Below, piece by piece: positions 60,654-64,000 of a DNA stretch of 64,000 nucleotides (position 1 is its first letter; each line of letters opens with the position of its first letter). This stretch comes from Chrysomallon squamiferum (taxonomy: Eukaryota > Animalia > Mollusca). The DNA is taken from positions 22,940,001-23,004,000 of the forward strand of contig CM022672.1 in the NCBI GenBank assembly GCA_012295275.1. The letters are read 5' to 3'. A program made the position numbers and the translations under genes. The notes beneath the pieces are model-generated. The model was not told the origin of the DNA and did no database searches. It saw nothing but the letters and a program-made list of their open reading frames with translations.

Positions 60654-61554
60654 ATTAACAAAATAAGATTTTGCTTGAATACAGTTTTATATAGTATCAG
60701 TTTGAGTTTTTCAAGTATGGCTGTTTATAGTTTTAAATTTAGAAGTATCTTCAAAAGCTGGTTTATATATGCTCTATTTTTAAAATGGCTAATGATGTGA
60801 AATGTATCTGTTCTAGGTAACTGAAAACATTTTTTTTTTTTAATATATATATACACACACACACACATAAATTTGGCTATATTTTATTTTCAGATTATTT
60901 TCTCTACTCATAAAATATTTTAATCAGTTATGAAAAGGAAATTTTTTTTTGAATAAACAAAATTAGATTCTGCTTAAACTTTGTTAAAGGAATTAAATAT
61001 TTTGAAAATGACAAAAAGATAATTTCTATATAAAAAAATACATTTCTGCTCATATATATTAGTCTGGGTCGGGGAGTTCCCACCCCAATAAGAAAAGATA
61101 ATTAAAAAAAAAAAAATAGTAATCATAATAAAAATTAAAAAAAAATTAGAAAGTCATAATCTAATTATTTTCTACACACACAACCCACTTTTATTTTTGC
61201 TGGACATTTTTTTTTCTTCTTTTTGCTCTTTCATTTATATTCCTCTGTCTACTTGGAAAGAATTTGATGAAAAATTTGTTACCAAAGTTAAATTTACCTG
61301 CTCAAGGTCATCACGGCATTCGCGACAGCGTCCGCCATCTTGGGCTGCGTTGTACGCATAGCATCCTGCCACTGAAATAGCCTCCTTCCACTTTATATTT
61401 TGTAGATATTCATGGTCGTACCAAGAACACACCCTCCAGCCCGGAGAACAGAGGGAACTGCTGTTTGAAATGTGGCCTGTCCATCGCCCCATGCAGGCTG
61501 CAATACGCTCATGATTTTCCAGCCCATCTCGGGTACCATCAGCACATCCAGATG
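51518..61554 (-). CDS. Uncharacterised probable secreted protein: Cys-rich module - Ig (I-set-like) - Cys-rich module - 3x EGF; 5'-partial, about 490 aa in 9 exons
   Basis: Exons on minus: 61554-61298, 56802-56634, 55908-55738, 54635-54528, 53846-53606, 53122-52941, 52627-52523, 52162-51968, 51564-51518 (TGA); phases compatible. Ig motifs LTCQATGMPPPRVQWYKDG...DTGLYTCEVIN. EGFs CEPECQNGGECVAPNRCHC..GYKGARC, CTPSC...GYGGRYC, CKKPCLNGGRC...WGSSC. No C-terminal transmembrane segment. Start/signal-peptide exon not identified. Confidence 0.88.
53940..54335. repeat. Low-complexity trinucleotide region (TAC/TAT/AAT)n, intronic
   Basis: Direct reading; source of several spurious ORFs. Confidence 0.9.
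56806..57470. repeat. 31-bp minisatellite (ACACAGAGACATATACAGAAATCTATATTAC), roughly 20 copies
   Basis: Period 31 seen directly, e.g. gagacat at 57001 and 57032; contiguous units without spacers. Confidence 0.95.
57480..57980. repeat. 139-bp tandem repeat, about 3 copies plus a degenerate end
   Basis: 'caaagagatacatgagagggagagttcatac' starts at 57521, 57660 and 57799. Confidence 0.92.
58729..58893. repeat. Two-copy tandem duplication, about 88 bp
   Basis: 'agattctatattaattt...tatagctatatttag(t/g)tgtcttctgtaa' occurs twice. Confidence 0.85.
60615..60653. repeat. (CA)n microsatellite
   Basis: Direct reading. Confidence 0.9.
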
Positions 61555-61600
61555 CTAATAAACAAAAACAAACAACAAATAAATAAAGTTATAAAGTAAT

Positions 61601-61668
61601 AATATAATATAATATAATATAATATAATATAATATAATATAATATAATATAATATAATATAATATAAT
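61601..61668. repeat. (AATAT)n microsatellite
   Basis: Direct reading. Confidence 0.95.
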
Positions 61669-64000
61669 TAATTTAAATTTAATTTTAAATTTAAATAAAA
61701 AAAAAAAAAAGATAAAAATTCAAAATTAATTATAATAAATAAATTTATTAAACTGATAGGATTACTATAAATAGAAAACAAAATATAACAGCCAAAAATC
61801 AAAATACAGTTGCTTTCCATCTTACAAACTTGTGGGCATGTTCAACTTGAAAAGTTGGTTGTTATTACCTATGAAAATACATATTTTAATACAAGCAGAA
61901 AATGAAATAAAATTTTGTATAAAGTTCAAGTGGACTTTCCCTTATCCAAAATTCACTGGAACAAACCATAAATAGTCCAACATTAACATATACAAATTAA
62001 ATAAATATATATGTACATATTTTTCATATATGTACAAGTTATTATTTGGCCTTTATTTGTTGTTGTTTTATTTCTTTTATTTTTCCAGAAAAGAACTGGT
62101 TTCAAAGATTTTTGGATTTCAGTTAATAGACTGTTTGACTGTCTGCTCAAGTGAATTTGAAGTTTGTGTCATTTTCATTTTCTTAATATTTATTGTATGC
62201 TGTAGTTAAAATACCAAATCTAAATTTTAAAAATGTTTATAGTTCAAGCCCAATGGAATTGTTTTGAAATTTTTTGTTTATCGTTTTTTAATAACAACCA
62301 AAGCAAAAACGTTTCTGACAAATCTTTTGTACTTTATATAACACAATTATTTACCATTTCAAGATAAATGGGTTAAGTTAATATCATGTGAAAAAGAAAA
62401 AAACATGAATACCACCCCAAAATTTGTCAAACAGAATAAAATCTCTGTATGTCAAAAGTTTTAATTTCAACCATTTTTTTTTTAATTTTTTTTTTTTACT
62501 GAGAAATTTTTAAAATTAACAGGTCACTAGTGTAACTGCATTTTGAAGAAAATAATATTAAAAAAAGAAAGTATGAAACTGTGGCAGAACAGATAATAGT
62601 TTTATCTTCTTCAAATTTCGTATTTTAATGCTGCTCTGTATTCACATTTCCGATGTCAAAATTCTTGGAATGGTTCCATTTCCTTTATGTCATATCCCAA
62701 GATCTTGAGATATTGAAACTGACAGAGAAAAAAGCTTATTATTACTAATCTGAACGATGCCTTTCAAAAGATAATCGCCAGAACAAAAGATGAGGAAAAT
62801 TAAAGAGAGAGTTAAAAAACGATAGAAAGTTTGGAAGTGAGATAAACAGAAAAGTGAAAGAAAATTCCTGAAATGAGATAAAGAAAAAAAAACCCCAAAA
62901 ACCACAATGTATGTAACAAGATATCTATTAACTTATTCTGAGCAGTATACATTTTCAGGTGGTGTATGATTGGGCTGTCAGATTTTAGGACAAACTTCAT
63001 AACTTTTGAAATTATGCACCATAAAAGATACTTTTTTTTTTTTTTTTTTTTTTTTTGTTTCAGTGACATGTAATTATTCATCCTTGGCCAGCTGATAAGC
63101 ACTGATCCGATAAGAAGTCAATTCATAATGATTTTACTCTCTTACTGAGAACTGGTGGGGTGTAATACAGTACACTTGTCAAGTTTTCGCTTTCTCCTTC
63201 ACCTTCTACTTGTTAATGGCAGGCGAAAATTCATAGCTAATGTTATTCAATATGTCTTTGTGATACAGTTCAGGTGTAGAATTTAATTATTCTTTTATTT
63301 ATATTTACTCGCTGACTGTCTCAGTTCTTATTTAATGGCGCCTTACATTTACATTTAATTAAAATCTGGGTTTAAATTTGGCTTCTTATGTCTTTGTTCG
63401 CCTGATATGAATACGTAATTTTTGAAAGAATGTAAAATAAAAAGAAAAAATATTCCATAAAAAAATAACATTATTGAATATGTAGTTGATTCTGTTTGTC
63501 ACTTTATCTTCCAAAACCAGATTCTCTCTTGTTTTTTTCTTTGCATACACATAACAAAACAAAGATAAAGCAAATTCTTTAATCTTGTAAGTTTAATTTT
63601 TTTTTTTTTTTTTTAATTTTAAATTTTTATATTTCTTATAATTATGTTTAAGAAAAGGCCTAATGAAGATTTGAAAATAGAAATTTTTTAATAAGAAAAA
63701 AAAAAAAATTCAGGATGACATCAGTGTCAAAGATAAAACTAAGATGAAATGCTGGTCATTATAAAAACAACAAAAACAAAACATCAGTAGGACCCATTAG
63801 TCCAGATAGTGTGTGTGTGTGTGTGTGTGTGTTTTAAGATGTAGTTCCCAATGGAACTAATATCTTGCAGTTTAAGGGTGGGTGTCATGCCCATTAGGTA
63901 ATTTCCCATTCCAAACAGTCCCCGACCAACATAAAGATAAAATGCCACAAAATACTAAACATTTTAATAACCATGAAGAAAAAATATAATAACAACAATC

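Overview
AT-rich, intron-containing animal genomic DNA. It is probably a mollusc (gastropod-like), inferred from gene structure and SINE-like remnants. Five spliced protein-coding genes can be built by hand from GT-AG sites and reading-frame phase: (1) GPCPD1/GDE5 glycerophosphocholine phosphodiesterase (+, 5' end upstream of the window, stop 10480); (2) a PWWP2A/B-like chromatin reader (+, 15161-17453); (3) the MFS transporter SLC49A3/MFSD7 (-, 31730-25165); (4) a complete RIG-I-like receptor with CARD-like N-terminus, DExD/H helicase and CTD (+, 35028-45682); (5) an uncharacterised, probably secreted protein with two copies of a Cys-rich module I cannot assign, an Ig domain and three EGF repeats (-, 61554-51518, 5' end not found). 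The strongest leads are a dense ISRE/GAS/kappaB cluster upstream of the RLR, resembling an interferon-stimulated-gene promoter in an invertebrate, and the duplicated Cys-rich module protein. Also notable are a non-canonical RLR RNA-binding pocket with a repeat tail, and CLEAR-type E-boxes at the SLC49A3 start. The rest is microsatellite, minisatellite, small transposon remnants and AT-rich spacer. All gene models are manual predictions with no transcript or database support.
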